A DNA stretch of 64,000 bases from Octopus vulgaris (taxonomy: Eukaryota), in NCBI GenBank assembly GCA_951406725.2, contig OX597814.1, positions 36,456,001 to 36,520,000 of the forward strand, written 5' to 3'. Shown here in pieces: positions 27,749 to 42,786 of the stretch (position 1 is the stretch's first letter; each line of letters starts with the position of its first letter). Below the pieces are notes generated by a model. The model made no database searches, was not told where the DNA came from, and worked only from the letters and a program-made list of their open reading frames with translations. The position numbers and the translations under genes were made by a program.

Positions 27749-27960
27749 TTTTATTAAAGCAGAAAAATTATTACAGTACTGTTACTCAGAGTTTCTCGTT
27801 CCCGTTCGTCGGACAGTTGCGATGAGTACAACTGTTCGACGAACGGGAACGTGAAACTATGAGTAACAGTTCTGTGATAATTCTGCAGCTTTAATAAAAT
27901 GTATATTACTCCACCTTTGGTATTTGAGTTCATATCGTCCACCTTATTTTGCACTTAAGT
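27749..27960 (+). mobile_element. Fold-back element with a hammerhead-like motif in each arm
   Basis: Imperfect palindrome 27749-27899 (loop ~27820-27828); aactgt-YCGACGA-acg-ggaa-cgW-GAAA-ctMtgag-TA-acagt in both arms. Confidence 0.65.
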
Positions 27961-28044
27961 GCTAATCTGTGTGCTATACACACACACACACACATACACA
28001 CACACATATATATATATATGTATATATATATATGCATATATATG

Positions 28045-28223
28045 GGGAGAGTTCACGAAAAAACAAAAGATGAAGACAGGTGGTGTACAAAACAAACAGA
28101 TGTATTAGTATAACGCTCAGGAATTGAAAATTTCTTTTACGTTTCGAGCCTACGCCCTTCTACAGAAAGGGAAACAAAAAAATAAGAAGAGAAACAAGGA
28201 GAGAAAAAAATGTGTGTAGTGGC

Positions 28224-28228
<5 letters not shown>
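28045..28228 (-). mobile_element. Penelope-like pLTR fragment with degenerate minimal hammerhead
   Basis: Minus strand cttt-CTGTAGA-a-gggc-gtag-gctc-GAAA-cg-TA-aaag (28134-28169); flanked by (TA)n and (GA)n. Confidence 0.55.
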
Positions 28229-28267
<39 letters not shown>

Positions 28268-28529
28268 AGAAAGAGAGAGAGCAAGGGAAAGGGAGAAAGA
28301 TATGTATGTGTTTATGTATTGTAATTACTGTTTTTCAAATAAACTGCATTGATCGTTACTAAAACGCCGAGATTGGCCGAGGAAGTTTAACTTTTAAATT
28401 CTTTAAATTTATTCCAGTTTCTGTAAGTACGACATTGTAAATCGTATCTCAAAATTATTAGTCATACTTTACAACTTTCGTTGGCGCTAAATCCGATAAC
28501 TTGATGTACTTTTTGTATGAGGATTCCAG

Positions 28530-28608
<79 letters not shown>

Positions 28609-28629
28609 GTCTGTCTGTCTGTCTGTCTA

Positions 28630-31197
<2,568 letters not shown>

Positions 31198-32669
31198 AAT
31201 CTATCTATGTATTTATCTCTATCTATCTTTCTCTCTGTCTGTTTATATACATATATGTGTAAATATGTGTGATTTAAATATCTGAATTTTTAGCAGGGAG
31301 ACCAAACTGATAGTTTGATAACCCGCTAAGATAAACATTAAAAATCAAAAGGAGAAAATAAACAGCTTTGCAAGTTTAACTCAGTGTTTATTGAACAAGG
31401 GAGGTGCGAAATTTAAGAAGCGACTTGTTAGAATATACATGTCTGTGAGGAGACATAAACAAGAACATCAAAAATCTGCTATACCAAAAGAACTGGTAAT
31501 ACATACATTACAAGTGTTCCATGAAGAGAACATAAGATTGCTGCATAATTCAACATGAATGTGAAACGACATTAAACATAGTATAAGGTAAATGAAGGTT
31601 TCTGTAGGAACGCTAAAAGTCATATTCACTTAGTGAGTTTATATGCGCAAGGATGAATTATAATGTTATCGTTGTCGGCGTTAGATGCAGTAAGAACTAA
31701 TAGCAGCGATATCTGCAGTGTGGGCGGTGATGAATCTCATTGTGTCGTAACGCGGAGAAAGCGAGCAATTGCTTCCTGGTGGCAAACGCAAGTTAGACTC
31801 CCTAAGCGGAGAAAAACTGATCTATTTAAGTAAATTTCTGGGCTCCACAGAGATGTGAAATGTTTTCCCGTCAAGAGAACACGTGATCCATTTGAGCATA
31901 TCTGATTGGTTGATCTGGTAATTTGGCGTAATTGTTTAGGGGGCAAATTGTGCCTAAAAACTAACAAATGAGAGCAAATGGTTAAAACATGATCTTTTAT
32001 AGCTAAGTGTGCTCTGCTACGTCCAAACAAAATCTATAAATGAAAGGGAGAGAAAATAGTTGTTTATTTATGCTTTTGTCAATCCATTCTGCTACAAATT
32101 TATATTGCATCATGTATAACTAGTATTCAGAACCTTATACGCTTTCTTGTATCTCACAAGAAAAAAAAATTGAAGAGAACTCATGTATTACTGGTCTGGA
32201 TAGTTAGGAAGATCAGAGATATAAAATACATATTTAATAATGGAAGGCAAGGTTTTCGATATCGGAGGAATATCGTCTCCTTCCATCACTTTTTCTTGTT
32301 CTTTATGCAGTTCAGGCCTCCGGCAGGCGAAGAGAAAAGACTTCAAGTGCAAATGCTATTTACAATTGGTTTATTTACAGGAAAGGTGAAATGTGCTGCT
32401 CTCAGCTACCATCTTAAGCTCCGATAGTGCGGGTGCAATTTTCCTCCAGCCAGTGGTGTGTTCAGCAAGCGCTGCTGTATGGTGAGCGCCAAAAAGAGGC
32501 AGGTTTGAATCGGTTTTCCGTTTATATAGTTTCCATCGCGTGCCTCGTTGTGATCTCGCGCATGGCAAATGGATGCAGGTGAGGTCTCGTTCCAGTCTCG
32601 GAGATGGCAATGGCTACCTCGAGATCTCATCAATTATGGCGCTGGCTGCTTGTGCCGCTACACATACAT

Positions 32670-33032
32670 AACAAGAGTACTCAGAGATCGTAACCCTCCG
32701 CCAAGGCAACACCAACGTCCTCTTAATCAACCAGAGATGATATTTTAAATGAGAATATCTGAAATAAACTCGACTGCTCTCACAAACGAGAATACTAAAC
32801 ATGAACCCGACAGCTCTCAAAAATTAAGTAAAATAACAGGTAAAATAATCTAGAATCCTTGTCCCGTACCGGATCGATCCCAAAATCTAATCTATTCGTA
32901 CCAGTCACGAAGCCAAACATCTCTGACAGTTTCATCCGAATCCATCCAGCGGTTCTTGAGATATCTTGTCCACGGACAAACAAAGAAACACGACTGAAAA
33001 CAATACCTCCGACTTCGCTAAGGCAGAGGTAA
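32670..33032 (+). mobile_element. Non-autonomous element, Helentron/HINE-like
   Basis: 5' aacaagagtactcagag..cctccgccaagg; 3' (ACAA)-like tract and terminal hairpin acctccgactt..aaggcagaggtaa. Confidence 0.5.
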
Positions 33033-33104
33033 AAGTATACATATATATCACGTTTTATAAATATTATGTTTAACAAAAGTTTTCCTTGGATTCTAGATTA
33101 ATAG

Positions 33105-33312
33105 TTACGACCGCGTGTGTATCGTTGGCGATTTTCTTTCTCCGTCTTCCCTTCCTTGGACCTTTCCTTTTTCTATGTTTCTGACGAAGAACTCCGCTCG
33201 AAACGTTAAATCCTCCTTCTTTCTTTCCTTTCCTGAGCGTCCAATAACACTATTCTTGTTCCACGTCCTCGCGTTGTAGTGGTTTCTCTTTGTGCTTTCA
33301 TGTTTGGATTAA

Positions 33313-33315
<3 letters not shown>
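33105..33315 (+). mobile_element. Penelope-like pLTR fragment with minimal hammerhead motif
   Basis: gttt-CTGACGA-a-gaac-tcc-gctc-GAAA-cg-TT-aaat at 33177-33211; reverse complement of 19240-19450; ends at (TA)n. Confidence 0.65.
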
Positions 33316-33362
<47 letters not shown>

Positions 33363-33367
<5 letters not shown>

Positions 33368-34695
33368 GAGAAAATGGTGAAATATATCTAAATCAATCAT
33401 CAACTATCAGATAATACCGAATCATATACTTTATTAAAACACTACACAATAGCAATGAGATTAGACGTTAATACAGTACAATAATTACAATCAATATGGT
33501 GAGATATAACTAAATAAATATAACAATATATAAAAGTACATTTACATTATAACTGACAGCTGTTTCGGCCATGAAGATAAGGTATGTCTCATTTAACCTA
33601 TTAGCCATATAATGCAGGTATAAATGAGACATTAACAAGAATATCTTACGGCCTCTTCGGAGAATCTAATGCAAGTATGAGTACAAACCCTAAAATAATT
33701 TACATATAAATATAAATATGAGTGCATACATACTCATATTCTTACATATATATACATATACACAATAATACAATATAAGCAATATAAATCAATATACATC
33801 AACAAACACAATAATGTTCCATATTGAACGCCACAGCTCCTCAACCAACATCAAAAAACCACAACAGACACACTCACACTCAATGCAGGCATATATATTA
33901 AACAGTTCAGATATCCACTTGCCTTGGTGGTGGTATTAACTTTATTGGCGTTTTGTGAAGTGACGCATTTTAATATATTGAACTGTTTAATATATATGCC
34001 TGCATTGAGTGTGAGTGTGTCTGTTGTGGTTTCTTGATGTTGGTTGAGGAGCTGTGGCGTTCAATATGGAACATTATTGTGTTTGTTAATATATGTTGAT
34101 TTATATTGCTTATATTGTATTATTGTGTAAATGTATATATATGTTAGAATATGAGTATGTATGCACTCATATTTATATTTATATGTAAATTATTTTAGGG
34201 TTTGTACTCATACTTGCATTAGATTCTCCGAAGAGGCCGTAAGATATTCTTGTTAATGTTTCATTTATACCTGCATTATATGGCTAATAGGTTAAATGAG
34301 ACATACCTTATCTTCATGGCCGAAACAGCTGTCAGTTATAATGTAAATGTATTTTTATATCTTGTTATATTTATTTAGTTATATCTCACCATATTGATTG
34401 TAATTATGGTACTGTATTAATGTCTAATCTCATTGCTATTGTGTAGTGTTTTAATAAAGTATATGATTCGGTATTATCTGATAGTTGATGACTGATTTAG
34501 ATATATTTCTCCATTTTCTCATTTTGTATTATTAATTTACGGTAAAAATAATTTTACCTTTGCCCACCTAATACAGTAAATGAATTAATTGCATCGCAAT
34601 TTTTAACATTTATGTATTAGCTTTGTTGGGTACTTCTCTAGCAGTATATTGGATATATGTTATCCCATGGAGGGTTGAATTTACAACCCCTATCT

Positions 34696-34700
<5 letters not shown>
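33363..34700 (+). mobile_element. Large fold-back element (~547-bp arms) with hammerhead-like motifs, in (TA)n
   Basis: 33363-33909 is the near-exact reverse complement of 33979-34525; right unit runs on to ~34700; CCGAAGA-ggcc...ggcc-GAAA-cagctg-TC in both arms. Confidence 0.75.
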
Positions 34701-34757
<57 letters not shown>

Positions 34758-34858
34758 GTATGTATATATATATATGTGTGTGTGTATGTATGTATGTATG
34801 TATATATCTATATCTATTTCTATCTATCTCATTCTCTCTCTCTCTTTCTCTCTCTCTC

Positions 34859-34914
<56 letters not shown>

Positions 34915-34916
<2 letters not shown>

Positions 34917-35283
34917 GAACAAACTTAAAAATGGATGCGTGCGTTCTGTCGTGTAATAACAAATTAATAAATAAAACATATGCATATATACATACATATA
35001 TGTACGTACCTACATCTACATGTATATATACATGCATATATGGGTAGAAGACATCAAAAAAACGTCGAACACAATGAGAAACGAAAACATAAACACAAAA
35101 TCAAGGATCAGGACATTTTTCTTAAACAACGAAAAAACAGAGTACAGGACATATAACACAAGGAAAATTCTCCTTCTTCAGTCGCCATTGTTTCATCTAC
35201 TCCGCGTTCCGAAGGTGAAGGCGAGACACGACTTCAGTGAAACATTCCTTCCCGCAAAAGGCAAATTAAATAAAATTTGAGAT
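34915..35283 (-). mobile_element. Copy of the 17388 family
   Basis: ggatgcgtgcgtt...aacgtcgaacacaatgagaaacgaaaacat...cttcttcagtcgcca shared; starts at (TA)n. Confidence 0.7.
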
Positions 35284-35799
35284 TAAAGGTTTTAAATATA
35301 TACCTGTTATAATTCACTCTGATTACTTCGTAAAAAGTTTTGTCTTATGATTCAAAATGCAAATCTCGTTAGAATTATATAAAGAAGCTAAATTCGTTTT
35401 TAAACAGATACGGAATTTACAGTGTTTCCGAGTATAACTCTACAAATTTAAAATGCTCCTTTTTGAAATGGCTTTGTGCTTTTGTTAGGTAGATTGATTT
35501 ATGTGCTAAATCCAAACCTGATGTCTGTTTTAGGTTTTACTGATGTTCTGCCATCAAAGAAATAAGCCCATTATCTCACACTTAGGAAATGTTCTAGTTA
35601 ACATATGTTCAAACAGTATTGAACTTAAGATGTGAACATTTGCCTTCTTGTAAGCACGCTCATAAGTAGCTGCTGGGTCAAATACGATCCTTTTTATAAT
35701 AAAATACAGAAATCTATTTGACTTTGTTATATTCTGTTCGATTATTTTTGTTAGCTCTCTTCGAATTTAATAGCATGAATATAAAACACATACAGATAT

Positions 35800-35836
35800 T
35801 TGTCTGTCTGCCTGCCTGCCTGCCCGCCTGCCTATC

Positions 35837-35911
<75 letters not shown>

Positions 35912-35912
35912 C

Positions 35913-35943
<31 letters not shown>

Positions 35944-35944
35944 C

Positions 35945-36007
<63 letters not shown>

Positions 36008-36010
36008 CTC

Positions 36011-36041
<31 letters not shown>

Positions 36042-36042
36042 C

Positions 36043-36073
<31 letters not shown>

Positions 36074-36074
36074 C

Positions 36075-36140
<66 letters not shown>
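35800..36140. repeat. Compound (TCTA)n/(TCTG)n microsatellite
   Basis: Direct reading. Confidence 0.95.
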
Positions 36141-36141
<1 letters not shown>

Positions 36142-36960
36142 CTTTTCATCAATTTGCATTACTAATATATTATATTTTATTTACAGTTTAATCGCATCCA
36201 TATGTAATTCGGTGTATTTAGTTCAATAATTCTTATATATATAACTTTCCCTATACACATACACACACACACACGTAAATTTATACACAATTTTCTACTG
36301 GATAATTCCCACTTAAGAACTTATATATATATTTTTTTATAATTGTTGCTTTTAAATAAACATACACTTTAAATATATTTTGCATACATTTTAATCGCAT
36401 GCATACTTTATTCAATAATTTTAATAACACGGTATTTCCCATAGAAACATATTTTCTGTTTGCATATATATATATATATTTCTATATTTATTTATTATTA
36501 TTTTTTTGTATTCTCTGTTGTTACGGTGAATAGAAAATATAATAATCATTTAGGAAATTAGATATAAAATGAAAATTAGAGATAAAACGAAAATGCTAAA
36601 ATCATAGCAGATTGCTGCTTTGATATTTTAAAATATACGATGTGCGACTTTATAAGCATCAATTTGCAACGGAAAGAGATACACGCGCAATGATTAGATT
36701 CGAGACACATTCGTGTGTATGTGTATGTTTATGTGTGTGTATGTGTGTGTGTGTGTGTGTGTGTATACCTCGAATCTTCCTGCTGTCTTCCCTACATTCC
36801 ACGTTCCCATCATCATATACCACTTCCCGTAAGGAACAACATGCACTTTACTATTATAAATACAATAATGTTTCTCTGCTTCAACAGGGAGCCTAACCTA
36901 AGTTTTGTCGCGAGTGAATGCAGACACCCGTGCGACACCCTCGGTTGTACATCAACCATA

Positions 36961-37322
36961 AAGCGGCGAGCTGGCAGAAACGTTAGCACGCCTGGCGAAA
37001 TGCTTAGCGGTATTTCGTCTGCCGTTACCTTCTGAGTTCGAATTTCGCCGAGGTCGACTTTGCCTTTCAATCGACTTAATCCGTCTGTCTGTCCTTGTTC
37101 GTCCTCTCTGTGTTTAGCCCCTTGTGGGTAGTAAAGAAATAGGTATTTCGTCTGCCGTTACGTTCTGAGTTCAAATTCTGCCGAAGTCGACTTTGCCTTT
37201 CATCCTTTCGGGGTCGATTAAATAAGTACCAGTTACGCACTGGGGTCGATATAATCGACTTAATCCGTGTGTCTGTCCTCGTTCGTCCCCTCTGTGTTTA
37301 GCCCCTTGTGGGTAGTAACGAA
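36961..37322 (+). mobile_element. SINE family B with duplicated body/tail unit
   Basis: One head, two units ending agccccttgtgggtagtaa. Confidence 0.8.
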
Positions 37323-37705
37323 AAAGGTTGTACCTCACCCATACTAATCACATATGCATGATTTTATGTATTATCAGAATTAGGGTCTTTTTTTATTTTA
37401 CCATATGGTTAACAATACCAAATTCGAAGGATTTAATTTGAACAGGCTTGTTACTTCAAGGAAATATTTCAAAGCTGTCTTAGACATAAATGAGCTAATA
37501 ACATCTCCTGATATTCAATATCAACCTCTATGACAAAAGAAGGAAGCAAGGTAAGGAGGAATGGTAGAACTGAAGCATACAACGTTACAGACAAATAGAA
37601 GAATTGAACCAAAACTTGACTAACGTTCACTTCTGTCAAAAGTTCGAATGATAACAACGATGACTACATAGCAGAAGACTCAACAAGAGAGGGAGAGGGA
37701 GGGAG

Positions 37706-37758
<53 letters not shown>

Positions 37759-38559
37759 ATCCCTGTAGCCTATAATAACTCACCAATAAGAAATATTCAA
37801 CAGTTGTGGAGGAATTGTGTCACTGAACAGGTCACAGATGTACAACAAAAAATTAACACAAAAGAAATAAAAGAAAAGTGAACATAACAGATTTTTGTAT
37901 GCTGAAATGGCTATGGTGACTCTTCCATGATGTAATTACACAAGAAATGTCAGTAATTAAGTTATTAATTTTTATCGATAAATGATAATTATTCTAAGTT
38001 TTAGATTATTTGGATGTACAACTTTTTTTATCTGACAGAATCATAAATTTACTAGCATAAGTTACAAGGCCTGGAATTTGGTGATGGATTTTGTCGATAA
38101 AAATCACTTCCTAGCTCTTGATTGATACTTACTTTCATCAGATGCCAAAAGTATGAAAGACAAAAATGACATGAGCGGGACTTGAACTCTGAACGTTAAA
38201 GAACTGGATGAAATACGGCAAAGCAATTCGTTTGACACATTCAGAGTTCTGCTGATCCCTTTTAATATCTGATAGTTCTTTCAATGATGATGATGATGAT
38301 GATGATGAGAATGATGATAATACAACCAACAATAAAAACAACGACAGCAGCAACAACAAAAAACAACAATGTGGTAATTGCTGCACTTAGCACAACACTG
38401 AAAGTCCTACCCATCAAAATGAAGGGTATTGGAATTGAATCAGGCATTTTCTGTTGACGTGCAGAAAAGGGTTCACCTATTTTCTTCAAGGATCCTAAGA
38501 ATGATTTTTGGGACCTTATGATAACATTATAATTACGAAAATGGCATGTTATAACTTAT

Positions 38560-38578
38560 AATGATAATAATAATAGTA

Positions 38579-38642
<64 letters not shown>

Positions 38643-38683
38643 TAATAATAATAATAATAATAATGATAATAATAATAATAATG

Positions 38684-38729
<46 letters not shown>

Positions 38730-38770
38730 TGATAATAATAATAATAGTAATAATAATAATAATAATAATG
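38560..38770. repeat. Long (TAA)n microsatellite
   Basis: Direct reading. Confidence 0.95.
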
Positions 38771-39256
38771 TACATTGTTTTGTCTTGGTATAAAAGATGG
38801 GCTACAGCAAATATTCTACTCAATACCACAGATTTGCTTGTCAGTTATTCGACCTAACCAGTTGAGCATGTCCCTTAGTGGCTGACGATATGTGCATCTC
38901 TGATCACAAGCAGAAGTAATAGGGGAGCATCATAGCCATGTGTTGAGAGGGAATCTTTGGGGTTTGAATAATTCACTTCTGGAAACATGGGTGTTTCATT
39001 CAACATCCTTAAACAACCCTTATTCAGGGACCTTTTGAGCAGGATGAGTTACTCGACCATAAGAAAATTCTAACACGGCCTCCCCTGCAAGGTCATGTGC
39101 TGTTTATCTTGATATGAGATCACCATGTCACGCACATATGGTTGTGAAGCAAGTGCCTAGTGTACCCTTATCAGATGGGTAGTCATGATGGGTATACTGG
39201 GCTTCGTATAATTTAACCCAGTGTCACTTTGATGACATGCACTGCTCTCTCACTCA
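38771..39256 (+). mobile_element. (AAT)n-tailed interspersed repeat, probable 3' UTR of an RLE LINE
   Basis: Second copy at 40530-40856; both end ctctctcactc followed by (AAT)n-like tail. Confidence 0.6.
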
Positions 39257-39664
39257 ATAATAATATTAATGATAATAGTAATGTTCGTATTCACTTTGTA
39301 CGAACATTATTCATTCTCTAACTCTCTTGTTGAAGCTTCTGCTGTGAAGTAATTGTTGTTATCGTTGGATTTTTTGACAGAAGCGAACGTTAGTCAGGTG
39401 TTGGTTCAATTCTTCTATTTGTCTGTAACGTTGTATGCTTCAGTTCTACCATTCCTCCTTATTTTGCTTCCTTCTTTTGTCATAGAGGTTGATATTGAAT
39501 ATCAGGAGATGTTATTAGCTCATTCATGTCTAAGACAGCTTTGCAATATTTCCTTGAAGTAACAAGTCCGTTCAAATTAAATCCTTGGAAGTTGTTATAG
39601 TTAATTATATGGTTAAAAGAAACTCTGTGTGTGTGTGTGTGTGTGAGTGTGTGTAGGGAAGTGT

Positions 39665-40860
39665 TACGAACATGAACCCAAGGGCATAATCGAAAATGAT
39701 AATGCAAAGATCCTATGGGATTTTTATGATTGAGTGCGACCATGAAAATAGGAATAGGAAGCCAGACAGTGTTAATTGAGAAAGTAAGCATACGATGCTG
39801 GATCATAGATATAGCATGCTCAGCTGACAACAAGGTATACGATAAGGAAGAAAGAAAAGTCGATACATATGACAGGTTAGCTTGGAAGGTTAAGCAGTTG
39901 TGGTCGAGGAAAAAATGTGGTAGTAGTACCAATAATTGTCGTAGCCCTAGGAACAGTGAATAGAAATCTCGAGAAGTACATGGAACAAATAGGGGTTGTA
40001 ATTAGTGTGGAGCACTTCCAGAAAACAGCACTGCTTGGAACCGCTCGAATACTCCGGACCTCGCTCCCGAATATGTCGTGTATGTCAACAACAAAATGAG
40101 ACCATTGATCATGTTGTCTCCATGTGCAATTTTCTTGCGCCTACAGAGTATCTTAACAGGCATGATAGAGCTGCCCAATATATTCACTGGGTAATTTGCA
40201 AAAACCTGGAATTGCCCCATGATAAAAACTGGTGGGATCACAAACACTCCCAGTGCTTGAAAATGATCACATCTCACTCCTCTAGAACTTCACCATTCAA
40301 ACTGACAGAAAAATAGATGCAAGTATGCCAGACATCATATTGAAAGACTTCAGACAAAAATCATGCCTCCTCATTGATATGACTGTCCCAATTGATATAA
40401 ACGTATCTGTCAAGACCTACCAAAAACTGAGCAAGTATAAAGATCTTGAAATAGAAATGAGCAAAATGTGGAACCTGAAGACTAAAGCAATACCTGTTAT
40501 CATATGTGCCCTAGGAATGATAGCAAAAGCGGAGCATTATAGCTATGTGTTGTGAGGAATTTTTTGGATTTGAATTATTTACCTCTGGAAATATGGGTTT
40601 TGCTCATCATCCTTAAACAAACCTTATTCAGGGACTGTTTGGATAGGATGGGCTACTCAAACCGAAGAATATTCTCATAGGTCCTCACCTGGTCATGTGC
40701 TGTTTATCTTGATATAAGATCACTATGTTGCACACATATGGTTGTGGTGTACGTGCTTGTGTACCCTTATCAGATGGGTAATCATGATGGGTGTATTAGG
40801 CTACGTATATTTTACTCCAGTGTCACTTTGATGGGATGCGCTACTCTCTCACTCAGTAAT
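39665..40860 (+). mobile_element. Fused R4/Dong-type 3' fragments plus repeat tail
   Basis: ENDNAKILWDF..CWIIDIACSAD; CRVCQQQNETIDHVVSMC..RHDRAA; PDIILKD..CLLIDMTVP..KLSKYKDLEIE. Confidence 0.85.
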
Positions 40861-41329
40861 AATGATGATGATGATGATGATGACGACGACGATGATACAT
40901 GGAAAAATATGAAATGTTGTGCTCCCCTTTGACCCACGAAGGAAGGCGAAAAAATAGATATGTAAAATCCTCTACGAAATAGCTAGGTAGGGAACATGGA
41001 GAGGGTGAAGATAGCGTTAATTATTGTTGGATCCTTGGAGACAGTATCAGAAGGCAGTAGAACTGTTACAAAAGTTTTGCCTCTTTCGCATGACCTGAAT
41101 AACCAGGTAAGTTTTAGATAGTTGATAAGAACAGATAGTATGGTGCCGGAGGTTACAGGTACAAGCCCGCTACGTGTGCAAGACTCCATGGGCTCCAACA
41201 AAACCTGAGTTAAAAAGAACAATGGGGATGATGAATGGGTGATGATGATAACGATGTAAAATTATAAGGAGTCCGTTCTTTTTATCTACAACAGGAAGAA
41301 ATGCACATTGAAAAAGAAAAGGTGTGACA

Positions 41330-42100
41330 AGGTAGTAGGAAATGAATAACTGGAAGGTAGTTGGACCTAATGGTGTTCAGCGAGCTGGATAAAAACAAGC
41401 CGACAGGGTGCCGTAATTAAACAGCAGAAGCTGCTTAATGCCCCGATCAGCAAAAATGAAGAGATTACTGAGTGGATGACTGTTGGACAAACAGTCATGT
41501 GTTTGAAGGGTGCCTCAAAACGGATTACTGCGGATAATTACAAACCCGTATCATGCCTCCCACTGATGTGGAAGCTGCTTACTGGAATAATCGCCGATGA
41601 AATACATGTATGCATTTCTTGGTGACAAGAGAATTTTCCCTATTGTGTAGCAAGGTTGAAAACGGAGTAGTAAGGAAATTTAGGACCAAGTATTCATAGA
41701 AAAAATGGTGACGAAAGATCGTAAGCAAAGGATGATAAATTTACCTACGACCTGGATAGATTAGCACAAGGCCTATAATATGATACCACATTTGTGGATC
41801 ATTGAATGTCTGAACATATTTGGGTTTGCATAGAATGTCAAGTGTCTTTTGAGAGATAGCATGGAAATTTGGAAGACTGAACTCAGATCTTATGGACACA
41901 ATATAGGGAAGTTAAGAATGTAGAGTGGGACTTTTCAAGAAAACAATGTCTCATTTATTATTTACTTTGCACGTGATTCTTTAGATATTGTTACTAAAAA
42001 ACAATTAAAATACCATTTGGATATGAGTTAAAAAAAAACAGCAAAAAAAAAAAACAACCGTCTATTTTTATGGATGACCTGAAGTTGTATGGTGAGGGCA
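41330..42100 (+). mobile_element. Degenerate R4/Dong-type reverse transcriptase fragment
   Basis: DNYKPVSCLPLMWKLLTGIIAD; WID*HKAYNMIPHLWIIECL; LFYMDDLKLYG. Confidence 0.85.
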
Positions 42101-42115
42101 AAGGATGAAAGGTAG

Positions 42116-42786
42116 TGTAAAAGACGCCTTCAAATGCTAAAGGGAGAGGATGAGAAACGTTAAACTAGATATTGAAGGGTGTGAAACGAACTTAGTTTGA
42201 GTCAATATCCTCGTGCACTTTTGGGGTGCACAAAGCGATCACTCTCACTAGCCGTTGCTTTAATAATCTAGAATTCTACTAGTCAGAAACAACAAGACGC
42301 AGACGTGAAATATATATAACTACTTTATTCTCTTTCTTGTTAACAATAACAATAAGTGTGTTATCTGATGTCCTTGATTCTGGGCGCGCAAGGCTGAAAG
42401 TTAATAGATTGTAATATTTACAATCTTCAGCCCAAAAACAGAAAGGGGTCAAGATGGCGTCGAACAGGGAAGTTGAATGTGGTCGGCAACAATTTGGTTA
42501 AAGGCATTCGGCCGACGGCTGCTAGAATCTAGTTCGAACGGAGAGAAAATATATCGCGTGACGTCGCCTTCAATCGCTGGGTCCCAAGTCGCCGCTTTCT
42601 GCCGCTAGTGGTCAAACGTTCTACGGCCCCTTGCCTCGCTAACTGCTACGTAGGCAATAGGGTCGTGCTTCCGGTGGTTCGCGCATGCGTGAGAGGGCCC
42701 TTCCTTTCTGTGCCTTGGTGAAGGCACCAACACGCGCGAAATAGAAGATGGACGGTGCGCGCGCGCACCGTTATAATATCACTACA
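42116..42786 (-). mobile_element. Probable solo LTR (~670 bp), CpG-rich
   Basis: TGTA...TACA termini; AATAAA on minus strand near 42325; TSD not clean (ggtag vs ggtgt). Confidence 0.5.

Larger units (their letters stand above)
37385..39625. repeat. Inverted repeat pair, ~300-bp arms (37385-37691 and 39322-39625)
   Basis: Arms are reverse complements; ORFs 37469-37657(-) and 39353-39562(+) are near-identical. Confidence 0.85.
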
